A stretch of 38,392 nt of DNA from a virus (IMGVR_UViG_3300044724_000815:1-38392); one strand, 5' to 3'; counted from the stretch's first letter, positions 6,752 to 15,719 are shown. Made by a program: numbers and translations. The notes: a model not told the origin generated them from the letters alone.

Positions 6752-8392
6752 ATGGATAAAACATGGCTAGACAGAGGTGCTTGTCCTAAGTGTGGTTCAA
6801 GTGATGGTAACGTCAATCATGCAGAAGGATATAGTTTTTGTTTTTCCTGTAACACTAGATTTGGAGAGCAAATGGAACACGAAAAAGTAATACCTATACC
6901 TACTGAAAGTAATATAAAAACTGTAGGTGTAACAGGTGCATTGACTGAACGTAGTATTAGTAAGGAAACTGCACAAAAATATCATACACAAGTTAAGGTG
7001 AATGGTAACATGAATACACATCACATTTATAAATACTTTGATAGTGGTGGAAACAATATTGGTAATAAGATTAGAGATGTAGCCACAAAGAATATGTGGG
7101 TAGAAGGTAATGTAACTAATGCAGTATTGTTTGGACAAGATTTATTTACAGGTGGTGGTAAGTATATTACTATTACTGAAGGTGAAGTAGATGCTATGTC
7201 TGCCTATGAATTACTAGGTAGCAAGTGGGCATGTGTTTCTATTAAGACAGGTGCAGGGTCTGCTGTGCGTGATTGTAGAAAAGCATTTGAATACTTAGAT
7301 AGCTTTCAGAATATAGTTATATCATTTGATATGGACAAACAAGGTAGAGAAGCTAGTGAGAAAGTAGCACAGTTGTTTAGTCCTAACAAATGTAAGATTA
7401 TGAACATGGAATTTAAAGATGCTAATGAGTATCTAAAGATGGGTAAACGTGAGAAGTTTTCACAAGCATGGTGGAACGCAGAACCTTTTACTCCTGCAGG
7501 AATTACAAACCTTAGAGACTTGGGTGATTCATTATACACAGAAGAGTATTGTGAAACAGTACCCTATCCTTGGAGCAAGATGAATGAAAAGACTTATGGT
7601 ATGAGAACAGGTGAGTTGATTACATTTACATCTGGTGCAGGTATGGGTAAGTCTTCTATTATGAGAGAGCTTATGCATCACTTACTAAAGAATACAAAAC
7701 ATAACATAGGTATACTTGCATTAGAAGAGAGTATTAAAAATACTGCATTTAATATTATGTCAGTAGAAGCCAATGCTAGATTGTATATTAAAGAGATTAG
7801 AGATAAATTTAGTAGAGAACAATTACAAGAGTATCAAAAGAATACAGTTGGGTCTGGTAGGTTCTTTGCCTTTGACCACTTTGGTTCTATTGATAATGAC
7901 GAGATACTATCACGAGTAAGATACATGGCACAAGCATTAGAATGTAAGTGGGTATTTGTTGACCACTTATCTATACTTGTATCTGGTCAAGAAGATGGAG
8001 ATGAAAGAAAGTCTATTGATGTATTGATGACTAAGATGCGTTCTCTTGTAGAACAAACAGGTATTGGTATGTTATTAGTATCGCATCTACGTAGACCTGC
8101 AGGTGATGCAGGGCATGAGAATGGTAAGGAGATTACTCTATCACATCTTAGAGGTTCAGCATCTATTGCTCACTTGAGTGATGGTGTTATTGGATTAGAA
8201 AGAAACCAACAAGATGATGACGAAGTTAAATCTAATACAACTACAATTCGTATTCTAAAGAATAGATATACAGGTGAGACAGGAGTAGCCACACATTTAC
8301 ATTATAATAAAGAGACAGGTCGTATGAAAGAGATTGACAATCCTTACGAAGTAGATTATAATACAGAAAATAATGAGGAGGTACCTTTCTAA
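6752..8392 (+). CDS. T7 gp4-like DNA primase/helicase
   Basis: CPKC..CFSC zinc finger, TOPRIM (EGEVD, DMD), Walker A SGAGMGKS, DHL, LRGSASI, KNR; GGGGA SD before ATG 6752. Confidence 0.97.
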   Translation: MDKTWLDRGACPKCGSSDGNVNHAEGYSFCFSCNTRFGEQMEHEKVIPIPTESNIKTVGVTGALTERSISKETAQKYHTQVKVNGNMNTHHIYKYFDSGGNNIGNKIRDVATKNMWVEGNVTNAVLFGQDLFTGGGKYITITEGEVDAMSAYELLGSKWACVSIKTGAGSAVRDCRKAFEYLDSFQNIVISFDMDKQGREASEKVAQLFSPNKCKIMNMEFKDANEYLKMGKREKFSQAWWNAEPFTPAGITNLRDLGDSLYTEEYCETVPYPWSKMNEKTYGMRTGELITFTSGAGMGKSSIMRELMHHLLKNTKHNIGILALEESIKNTAFNIMSVEANARLYIKEIRDKFSREQLQEYQKNTVGSGRFFAFDHFGSIDNDEILSRVRYMAQALECKWVFVDHLSILVSGQEDGDERKSIDVLMTKMRSLVEQTGIGMLLVSHLRRPAGDAGHENGKEITLSHLRGSASIAHLSDGVIGLERNQQDDDEVKSNTTTIRILKNRYTGETGVATHLHYNKETGRMKEIDNPYEVDYNTENNEEVPF

Positions 8393-8682
8393 TGAAGTGT
8401 TGGCATTGTGATACAGAATTAACATGGGGTGGTGACCATGATATTGACCATGAAGATGAGGACTATTGTATAGAAACAAATCTATCTTGTCCTAACTGTG
8501 GTGCTTTTCATATAGTATATCTACCTAAAGAAGAACAAGAAAATGATAAACAACAAAAATTATTTGAAGAACCAGAAATGTGGGAACACTATTGTGATAC
8601 AGAAAAAAGTATGATGGAAGTAGGTAAAGGTGAACCTTGTAATTGGTGTGGAAAGGAGGAAGATTGTGAAAGTTGTGCTTGA
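8392..8682 (+). CDS. double zinc-ribbon small protein
   Basis: CWHC..CPNC plus HYC..CNWC; GAGGAGG SD. Confidence 0.7.
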   Translation: MKCWHCDTELTWGGDHDIDHEDEDYCIETNLSCPNCGAFHIVYLPKEEQENDKQQKLFEEPEMWEHYCDTEKSMMEVGKGEPCNWCGKEEDCESCA

Positions 8683-10300
8683 TATAGAAACAGACCAGAT
8701 AGATGCTAAAGTAGTAAACTGTATTGTTGCTAAAGATATTGAAACAAATGTGTCTACAGTATTTGACCCAAGTAATATGCATGTGTTTAAGAATTGGTCT
8801 AAAGATATTGACCAATACATTATGCATAATGGTTTATCTTTTGATGCACCTGTATTAAATAGATTACTAGGCACAAATATTAAACCTTCACAGGTATTAG
8901 ATACATTAATACTATCACAGTTATTTAATCCATTGCGTGAAGGGGGTCATGGATTACGTGCCTGGGGTGATAGATTTAATTTTCCTAAAGGTGATATAGA
9001 ATCCTTTGGAAGATATACAGAAGAACTAAAAAGATATTGTATGCAAGATGTAGACATAACACATAAGTTATACGAACATTTAAAGAAAGAAGGCAAAGGT
9101 TTTTCTAAGTCTTCTATTGATTTAGAACATCAGGTCAGAGTTATTATTGACCAACAAGAAAAGAATGGATTTGCATTAGATGTTCGTAAAGCTATGTCTT
9201 TATACAATACATTAAAAGATGAAGCTAGTGCTTTAGAAACATGGGGCAAGACACACTTTGACCCTACAAGAAAAGACTTAAAAACAAAAACAAAATACAT
9301 ACCTTTTAATATAGGTTCACGACAACAGATATCTGATAGATTACAAGAGCTAGGTTGGAAACCTAAGAAGCATACTGATAAAGGTAATGTAATTGTTAAT
9401 GAAGAAGTTTTGAATAGCATAGACTTAGAAGAAGCAAAGAAGTTTGCTAGGTATTTGTTATTGCAAAAAAGAATTGCACAGATTAAATCTTGGATTGAAT
9501 CGTGTAATGATAAGGATGGTAGAGTACATGGTAGAGTTATGACATTACGTACTGTAACAGGTCGTATGGCACATAACAGTCCTAACATGGCTCAGATTCC
9601 TGCTGTTCGTTCTCCATATGGTAAAGAGTGTAGGGAATGTTGGACTGTTGACAATCCCTATACTCACTCCATTGTTGGTACTGATGCTAGTGGTTTAGAA
9701 CTTAGATGTTTAGCACATCTTATGGATGATAAAAACTTTACTGAAGAAGTTTTAAATGGTGATATACATACAGCTAATATGAAGATGGCAGGTCTAACAG
9801 ATAGAGACCAAGCCAAAACATTTATATATGCTTTTATGTATGGTGCAGGTGCAGCGAAAATAGGTAAGATAGTAGGTGCAGGTGCTAAAGAAGGACAGAT
9901 ATTAATAGATAGGTTTCTTTCTAATATGCCTGCTCTTAAAAGAGTTAGGGATAGTGTAACTGAAACAGCTAAGAGAGGTAAGATAAGAGGTATTGATGGT
10001 AGACTATTGCATGTACGTTCTCCACATAGTGCATTGAATACATTACTGCAAGGAGCAGGTGCTGTTGTATGTAAGTTGTGGTTAATAAACATGAATAAAA
10101 GAATAGTACAAACAGGTGTTGATGCTAAGTTAGTTGCATCTATACATGATGAATACCAATATGAAGTTGCAAAGAAAGATGTAAAAAGATTTGGTAGTAT
10201 TACCAAAGATGCTATGAAAGATACAGAGCATCAGTTAAAAATGAAGTGTCCATTAGATAGTGAATGGAAGGAGGGAAACACATGGGCAGAGACACATTAG
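8666..10300 (+). CDS. polA: family A DNA polymerase, T7 gp5-like, with 3'-5' exonuclease
   Basis: DIETD exo I, HNGLSFD exo II, motif A DASGLELR, motif B KTFIYAFMYG, motif C HDE; GTG start at 8666 after AGGAGG. Confidence 0.97.
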   Translation: MKVVLDIETDQIDAKVVNCIVAKDIETNVSTVFDPSNMHVFKNWSKDIDQYIMHNGLSFDAPVLNRLLGTNIKPSQVLDTLILSQLFNPLREGGHGLRAWGDRFNFPKGDIESFGRYTEELKRYCMQDVDITHKLYEHLKKEGKGFSKSSIDLEHQVRVIIDQQEKNGFALDVRKAMSLYNTLKDEASALETWGKTHFDPTRKDLKTKTKYIPFNIGSRQQISDRLQELGWKPKKHTDKGNVIVNEEVLNSIDLEEAKKFARYLLLQKRIAQIKSWIESCNDKDGRVHGRVMTLRTVTGRMAHNSPNMAQIPAVRSPYGKECRECWTVDNPYTHSIVGTDASGLELRCLAHLMDDKNFTEEVLNGDIHTANMKMAGLTDRDQAKTFIYAFMYGAGAAKIGKIVGAGAKEGQILIDRFLSNMPALKRVRDSVTETAKRGKIRGIDGRLLHVRSPHSALNTLLQGAGAVVCKLWLINMNKRIVQTGVDAKLVASIHDEYQYEVAKKDVKRFGSITKDAMKDTEHQLKMKCPLDSEWKEGNTWAETH

Positions 10301-11364
10301 TAAAAGAGTTTAAAGGTAGACATGACCACAAAGATTATATTAAACGTGGTATTAAAACAGAGAATATGTTTATAGATGAAGCAGTTAAGTTAGGGTATCA
10401 AGTAGAGGTTGCTTCTGATTCTCAGAACATGTCTGACCATATTGATTTAATATTAACAAAGGAGGAAATAAAATTTACAGTAGATGTAAAAGCAAGAAGA
10501 ACAGGAACAGACAAGTCAAAAGGTTTTGATGACTTGTGGATTGTAGTGGAGTTCAAGAATACTATGGGTAATCAAGGTTGGCTATATGGCAAATGTGATT
10601 ACTTTGTTTTTGAACAGGAAGATAAATATCTTTTGGTTGACTCTAAAGAGTTACGAGAATTATGTCACGAAGTTGTAGACTTAAATGACAGGGTAAATAG
10701 TTTTCGTAATGCAAACTATAAAGTTTGGGGTAGGAGTTACCAAAACAAACAAGACTTAATATCTAGAATAGAAACTTCAAAAGTTTTACAATTAAATAAT
10801 ACATTTATTTGGAAAAAAAGTATTGACTTTTCTAATCAGGTATGCGATAATTCTATTTTAACAACAAAAAAGGATAATAATAATATGAGTGTAATAAAAG
10901 GTAATGCCCATTGGGCAAGTATAACAAGTCCAAATACAACATTTGATTCAGATGGTGTATGGACTATAGATGTAGGTAATCTTGACGAGAAGAATAAAAA
11001 GATTGCTCAAGCTGATGGAATCTCTGTGAAGAATAAGAATGATGACAGAGGTGACTTTGTTACTATCAAAAGAAAAGTAAGAAGAAAAGATGGTAACTTA
11101 AATAAGGCTCCTGAAGTTGTAGATGCTCAGAAGAGAGCAATGATTGGTACATTAATTGGTAATGGTTCTGAAGTTAATGTATTATACTCTACATATGAGT
11201 GGGAGTTTGGTGGTAAGTCTGGTGTATCTGCTGATTTAAGAGCAATACAAGTAACCAACTTAGTACCTTATAATACTGATGCAGATGCTGATGAAGCATT
11301 TGGTGTAGTTGAAGATGGTTTTGTATCTAAAGAAGCTGACGAAGAAGTTTCTTTTGCTAGTTAA
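10282..11364 (+). CDS. PD-(D/E)XK nuclease-like domain read in frame into SSB
   Basis: HIDL..VDVKA..WIVVEF..GWLYG; no stop before the SSB part; GGAGG SD before ATG 10282. Confidence 0.7.
   Translation: MGRDTLVKEFKGRHDHKDYIKRGIKTENMFIDEAVKLGYQVEVASDSQNMSDHIDLILTKEEIKFTVDVKARRTGTDKSKGFDDLWIVVEFKNTMGNQGWLYGKCDYFVFEQEDKYLLVDSKELRELCHEVVDLNDRVNSFRNANYKVWGRSYQNKQDLISRIETSKVLQLNNTFIWKKSIDFSNQVCDNSILTTKKDNNNMSVIKGNAHWASITSPNTTFDSDGVWTIDVGNLDEKNKKIAQADGISVKNKNDDRGDFVTIKRKVRRKDGNLNKAPEVVDAQKRAMIGTLIGNGSEVNVLYSTYEWEFGGKSGVSADLRAIQVTNLVPYNTDADADEAFGVVEDGFVSKEADEEVSFAS
10823..10851 (+). promoter_or_regulatory. internal sigma70-type promoter for SSB
   Basis: TTGACT, 17 nt, GATAAT with extended -10 TG and an upstream A-tract. 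Confidence 0.7.
10885..11364 (+). CDS. ssb: single-stranded DNA-binding protein, T7 gp2.5-like
   Basis: AAAGGA SD; G.A.WA...PNT, IGNGS.V.V, L.A.QV..LV.Y motifs; acidic tail with a near-terminal Phe. Confidence 0.88.
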   Translation: MSVIKGNAHWASITSPNTTFDSDGVWTIDVGNLDEKNKKIAQADGISVKNKNDDRGDFVTIKRKVRRKDGNLNKAPEVVDAQKRAMIGTLIGNGSEVNVLYSTYEWEFGGKSGVSADLRAIQVTNLVPYNTDADADEAFGVVEDGFVSKEADEEVSFAS

Positions 11365-11381
11365 TCTTTAACCTAGAAAGG

Positions 11382-11420
11382 ATAGTGTCCTATATTTACT
11401 CCATTTATATAGGACACTAT
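11382..11420 (+). promoter_or_regulatory. 14-bp perfect hairpin between a putative SD and the exonuclease start
   Basis: ATAGTGTCCTATAT/ATATAGGACACTAT, 11-nt loop, no U-tract. Confidence 0.7.
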
Positions 11421-11427
11421 ATTAGAT

Positions 11428-12291
11428 ATGAAAACAATAGACACATTAGTAGAGGATATATATAATTTATTTGACCCTATGGTTACGAATACTATAGATG
11501 ATAAAGAATTAGATAAACATCTAAAAGAATTTACAAAGAACGTAACTAATAATATTAAAACTGTTTTAAATGAACAACCTAGAAAGCAAAGAAGATTATC
11601 TTTATCAGCTATAGGTAAACCTACTAGACAGTTATGGTATGATAAACACTCTAGTTCAGAAGCAAGACCTATATCTTCTGCTACTAGAATTAAATTTTTA
11701 TATGGTCACATACTTGAAGACTTACTTATACTATTGTCTAGAGCATCTGGTCATATTGTTACTGAAGAACAGAAACAAGTAAACGTAGAAGGTATTAAAG
11801 GACATCAAGACTGTAAGATAGATGGTGAATTAGTAGATTGTAAGAGTGCTAGTGGTTACTCATTCAAAAAGTTTGCTAATAATAACTTAGCTAATGATGA
11901 CCCTTTTGGATACATAGCACAAATATCTGCATACTCTGCAGGTAATGATGTTAAAGAAGCATACTTCTTAGCTATAGATAAACAACATGGCAACCTTGCC
12001 TTAACAAGAGTACATGATTTGGAGATGATAAATGCAAAGGAAAGAATTAAATATCTCAAAGGTGCGTTGGAAAGTACAACACCTCCTGATAGATGTTATA
12101 GTGATATTCCTGAAGGTGTTTCTGGTAATCGTAAGCTTGCTATTGGTTGTGTCTTTTGTGCTCATAAGAGGGAGTGTTGGTCTGATGCTAACAATGGCAA
12201 AGGGCTTCGTGCATTTAAGTACGAAAGAGGTACAACATATCTTACACAAGTTTCAAAAGAACCTAGGGTTCAAGAAAATTTAGATTGGTAA
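11428..12291 (+). CDS. PD-(D/E)XK (Cas4/RecB-like) exonuclease
   Basis: LSAIG..RQLWY, GHILE, GHQD..VDCKS, QISAY, CVFC..C. Confidence 0.85.
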   Translation: MKTIDTLVEDIYNLFDPMVTNTIDDKELDKHLKEFTKNVTNNIKTVLNEQPRKQRRLSLSAIGKPTRQLWYDKHSSSEARPISSATRIKFLYGHILEDLLILLSRASGHIVTEEQKQVNVEGIKGHQDCKIDGELVDCKSASGYSFKKFANNNLANDDPFGYIAQISAYSAGNDVKEAYFLAIDKQHGNLALTRVHDLEMINAKERIKYLKGALESTTPPDRCYSDIPEGVSGNRKLAIGCVFCAHKRECWSDANNGKGLRAFKYERGTTYLTQVSKEPRVQENLDW

Positions 12292-12301
12292 AGGAAAAAA
12301 T

Positions 12302-12511
12302 ATGAAGACATTTATTTATGATGCAGTAAGAGGACATTATGTTTCAGAAAGAGACAAGGCTATAGCTAATATTAAATTACATACAGGTAATCCTGTAGGT
12401 GTAGGAGAACATCCTAAAATTATAGAAGATATTATTGAGCTAACACATAAAGCATCTGAAGCACAAGATTCAATAGAGATGTTAGATAAGATAATGGAAA
12501 ATGAAAAATAA
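12302..12511 (+). CDS. small phage protein
   Basis: NPVGVGEHP turn in a helical hairpin; AAGGA SD. Confidence 0.75.
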   Translation: MKTFIYDAVRGHYVSERDKAIANIKLHTGNPVGVGEHPKIIEDIIELTHKASEAQDSIEMLDKIMENEK

Positions 12512-12803
12512 GATAGACATATTTATAGATGTAGAGCATAAGAAACATGAAGCTCCTGAACGTGGTTTATTTTTATCTGTTATATTACAAGCATTATTAG
12601 ATGCTACTAACGATAAGAGTAAAGTAAACAAAGACAGGGCTATAGCTTGGTTCTTTTGTAGTGTTGGTGTAACGTGTGATAACTTTGAGCAGATATGTGA
12701 CCATGCAGGAATGAGTCCTTCATACACAAGAAGTTTTGCATACAAAGTTATTCACTCACCTGATTTAAAATATGTTAGACAAAGAATAAAAAAGATGTTA
12801 TAA
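12501..12803 (+). CDS. hypothetical phage protein
   Basis: LF..VI.QA..DA..A..WF..F..IC pattern. Confidence 0.75.
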   Translation: MKNKIDIFIDVEHKKHEAPERGLFLSVILQALLDATNDKSKVNKDRAIAWFFCSVGVTCDNFEQICDHAGMSPSYTRSFAYKVIHSPDLKYVRQRIKKML

Positions 12804-12804
12804 T

Positions 12805-12894
12805 ATGTTTTTTGATTTATTAACATTTTTTATAATAGGATTAATTTTAGGTATGTTTATTGTTTTAATTGCATACTTTTTAACAAGATTATAG
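12805..12894 (+). CDS. single-TM miniprotein (29 aa)
   Basis: MFFDLLTFFIIGLILGMFIVLIAYFLTRL fills the intergenic gap. Confidence 0.5.
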   Translation: MFFDLLTFFIIGLILGMFIVLIAYFLTRL

Positions 12895-12904
12895 GGGAAT
12901 AAAT

Positions 12905-13201
12905 ATGGGAATGATGGATGATGCTATAAGAGAAACAGTTAAAGATACAAAAGATTTTAAGAAAACAAATATAGAGAAGGAAGCTATTATAGCTACAGAT
13001 AAACAGGTAGGTGGTGACCATTACAAGACATGTAAGATACAACCTGTTGATTACATTGTAGAAAATAACCTTACATTTCTTGAGGGTAATGTAGTAAAGT
13101 ATATTACAAGACACAGAAGAAAAGGTGAAGGTGCAAGAGACATTGAGAAAGTAATACATTATTGTGAATTAATATTGGAGAAAGATTATGGCAGGGAATA
13201 A
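12905..13201 (+). CDS. DUF3310 (T7 gp1.7-like nucleotide kinase family) protein
   Basis: QVGGDHY..IQP..FLEGNVVKY..DIEK..HY. Confidence 0.85.
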   Translation: MGMMDDAIRETVKDTKDFKKTNIEKEAIIATDKQVGGDHYKTCKIQPVDYIVENNLTFLEGNVVKYITRHRRKGEGARDIEKVIHYCELILEKDYGRE

Positions 13202-15113
13202 CTATTTACCTACAGAGTATCAGACGTTTATACATGCGTCTAGATATGCACGTTGGTTACAAGAAGATAACAGAAGAGAGAGTTGGATTGAAACAGTATC
13301 TAGGTTTAGTAACTTCTTTCAAGGACACTTAGATAAAAATCTAGGTGTTATCTTACCTCCAGAAGTATGGAGAAGAATAGAAGATAGTATTATAGGACTG
13401 CAAGTTATGCCTTCTATGAGAGCATTGATGACAGCAGGTCCTGCATTAGAAAGAGAAAACATATCAGGATATAATTGTTCTTATACTCCTATAGATAGTC
13501 CACGTTCTTTTGATGAGATACTTTATATACTTATGAATGGTACAGGTGTAGGTTTCTCTGTTGAAAGAGAAGGTGTTAATCAATTACCTACTATACCTGA
13601 TAGAGAGTTTGAACAAACAGAAGATGTTATATCTGTAGCTGATTCTAAAGAGGGATGGGCTAGAGCATTTAGAGACTTAGTGTCTTATCTATATACATGT
13701 AGAATACCTAAGATAGATATTAACAAAGTAAGACCTGCAGGTGCTAGGTTAAATACCTTTGGAGGTAGAGCTAGTGGTCCTCAACCTTTAGTTAATCTAT
13801 TTGATTTTACTATTAATAAATTTAAAGAAGCTAAAGGTAGAAAGCTATCCTCTATGGAGTGTCACGATATTGTGTGTAAGACTGGTGAAGTTGTGGTTGT
13901 TGGTGGTGTGCGTAGGTCAGCTCTTATATCTCTGTCTAATTTATCAGACCAGAGATTAAGAGTTGCCAAGTCTGGTGCTTGGTGGGAGACAAACCCTGAA
14001 AGAGCATTAGCTAATAACTCAGTAGCCTATACAGAGAAACCTGATGCAGGTATCTTTATGAAAGAATGGTTAGCATTATATGAAAGTAAGTCAGGTGAAC
14101 GTGGTATCTTTAGTAGAGTATCTGCTCAAGCAAAAGCTAAAGAGAATGGTAGACGTAAATCAGACTATGCATTTGGTACTAATCCTTGTAGTGAGATTAT
14201 ACTTAGACCTAATCAGTTCTGTAACTTAACTGAAGTAGTATGTAGACCTGCTGATACAGTAGAAACATTAAAAGATAAAATAGAAGTAGCTACTATACTA
14301 GGTACAATACAAGCTACACTTACTAACTTTGGTTATCTTAGAAAGAGATGGAAAGATAATACAGAAGAAGAAAGATTACTTGGTGTATCATTAACAGGTA
14401 TTATGGATAATAGTATACTATCTAGAAGAAGAAGTACATTACCAGAAACACTACAAGATATGAGACAAAAAGCTGTGACAGTAAACAAGGAATGGTCAGA
14501 GAAGCTAGGTATACCACAATCAACAGCTATTACTTGTGTTAAACCTTCAGGTACAGTTAGTCAGTTAGTAGATAGTGCTAGTGGTATTCATGCTAGACAT
14601 AACCCTTACTATATTAGAACAGTAAGAGGAGATAAGAAAGACCCTTTAACAGAGTTTATGAAAGACCAGGGTATACCTTGTGAAGATGATGTTATGAATC
14701 CACATAATGCTGTGTTTTCTTTTCCTATGAAAGCAGATTCTAATGCTGTATTCAGAGATGATATGACAGCTATAGAACAGCTAGAGATATGGAAGTGTTA
14801 TGCAGAGCATTGGTGTGAACATAAACCATCAGTAACTATATCAGTTAAAGAACATGAATGGATTAATGTAGGTAACTGGTGTTGGGATAACTTTGATGCA
14901 CTATCTGGTATATCCTTCTTACCTTTCTCTGACCATACATATCAACAAGCACCTTATCAAGACATAGATAAAGCTACATATGAAGAGCTTGCATCTAAGA
15001 TGCCTAAGAATATTAACTGGTCTGAGCTTAGTAATTTTGAGAAAGAAGATACAACAAAAGGATCACAGGAGTTAGCATGTACAGCAGGTTCTTGCGAATT
15101 AGTAGATATTTAG
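13188..15113 (+). CDS. nrdJ: class II adenosylcobalamin-dependent ribonucleotide reductase
   Basis: YNC, GGVRRSA, TNPCSEI, CNL, KPSGT, C-terminal CTAGSC; no beta-subunit gene nearby. Confidence 0.92.
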   Translation: MAGNNYLPTEYQTFIHASRYARWLQEDNRRESWIETVSRFSNFFQGHLDKNLGVILPPEVWRRIEDSIIGLQVMPSMRALMTAGPALERENISGYNCSYTPIDSPRSFDEILYILMNGTGVGFSVEREGVNQLPTIPDREFEQTEDVISVADSKEGWARAFRDLVSYLYTCRIPKIDINKVRPAGARLNTFGGRASGPQPLVNLFDFTINKFKEAKGRKLSSMECHDIVCKTGEVVVVGGVRRSALISLSNLSDQRLRVAKSGAWWETNPERALANNSVAYTEKPDAGIFMKEWLALYESKSGERGIFSRVSAQAKAKENGRRKSDYAFGTNPCSEIILRPNQFCNLTEVVCRPADTVETLKDKIEVATILGTIQATLTNFGYLRKRWKDNTEEERLLGVSLTGIMDNSILSRRRSTLPETLQDMRQKAVTVNKEWSEKLGIPQSTAITCVKPSGTVSQLVDSASGIHARHNPYYIRTVRGDKKDPLTEFMKDQGIPCEDDVMNPHNAVFSFPMKADSNAVFRDDMTAIEQLEIWKCYAEHWCEHKPSVTISVKEHEWINVGNWCWDNFDALSGISFLPFSDHTYQQAPYQDIDKATYEELASKMPKNINWSELSNFEKEDTTKGSQELACTAGSCELVDI

Positions 15114-15203
15114 TTAATTTTTTAATTAGTATTGTAGCCATGTGGGTATTATATGTAATAGCTATGGCAATACTTTATACGTTTTATCCTATGTAAATAG
15201 TTC

Positions 15204-15232
15204 TTGACTTTTATATTTAGGTAGTGTATAAT
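15204..15232 (+). promoter_or_regulatory. sigma70-type promoter for hsp20
   Basis: TTGACT, 17 nt, TATAAT. Confidence 0.85.
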
Positions 15233-15240
15233 TACACCAT

Positions 15241-15289
15241 GAGTGCCAGAAATGGACTCGTTTTTAACTTGCTTAACAAGGAGATAAAC
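15241..15289 (+). promoter_or_regulatory. ROSE-like RNA thermometer in the hsp20 5' UTR
   Basis: GAAA-tetraloop hairpin 15241-15259; CUU(G)CUU pairs with SD AAGGAG (15268-15283) with a bulged G. Confidence 0.7.
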
Positions 15290-15706
15290 ATGGTTAATTT
15301 TGAAGTAGATACATTTGCACGACAAGCTATTGGTTTTGATAGGTTGTTTGATGTAATGAATAACATAAGAGGGTCAGATGTAAACTACCCACCTTATGAT
15401 ATTATTAAAGAAGATGAAGAAACTTTCCTGATTGAATTTGCTCTATCAGGTTTTAATAAGAATGATTTAAATATTGTGGTAAAAGAAAATCATTTAACTA
15501 TAGAAGGTACTTATGGTAAAGATACTAAGGAAGAGGTTCCAGAATATTTACATAAGGGTATAGCAAAGAGGTCTTTTACTAGGGATTTTGTTTTAGCAGA
15601 CACGTTACACGTTGAAGACGTTACATTCAGCGAAGGTATATTAAGATTAACTCTTAAACAAGTTATACCTGAAGAACAAAAACCTAAGAAGATAAAGATT
15701 AATTAA
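15290..15706 (+). CDS. hsp20: small heat shock protein Hsp20 (IbpA-like)
   Basis: IGFDRLF, NYPPYDI, ALSGF, YLHKGIAKRSF, GIL, C-terminal IKI; true start ATG 15290 after AAGGAG. Confidence 0.95.
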   Translation: MVNFEVDTFARQAIGFDRLFDVMNNIRGSDVNYPPYDIIKEDEETFLIEFALSGFNKNDLNIVVKENHLTIEGTYGKDTKEEVPEYLHKGIAKRSFTRDFVLADTLHVEDVTFSEGILRLTLKQVIPEEQKPKKIKIN

Positions 15707-15719
15707 GTTGTTATAAACA

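Noticed and set aside
6797-10206. Long antisense ORFs within primase and polymerase (6797, 9130, 9664 and others)
   Set aside because: Shadow frames of strongly biased coding genes, with no SD or recognisable motifs
11382-11420. Hairpin after ssb as an intrinsic terminator
   Set aside because: No U-tract on either strand; reported instead as a possible split RBS
11428-12291. Cas4-like protein suggesting a CRISPR system
   Set aside because: No repeat-spacer array or other cas genes; solo PD-(D/E)XK exonucleases are common in such phages, and the N-terminal Cys ligand appears replaced (GKP)
15224-15289. 22-aa N-terminal extension of Hsp20 in the ORF track
   Set aside because: The start overlaps the promoter spacer and -10 box; the real start is ATG 15290 after AAGGAG
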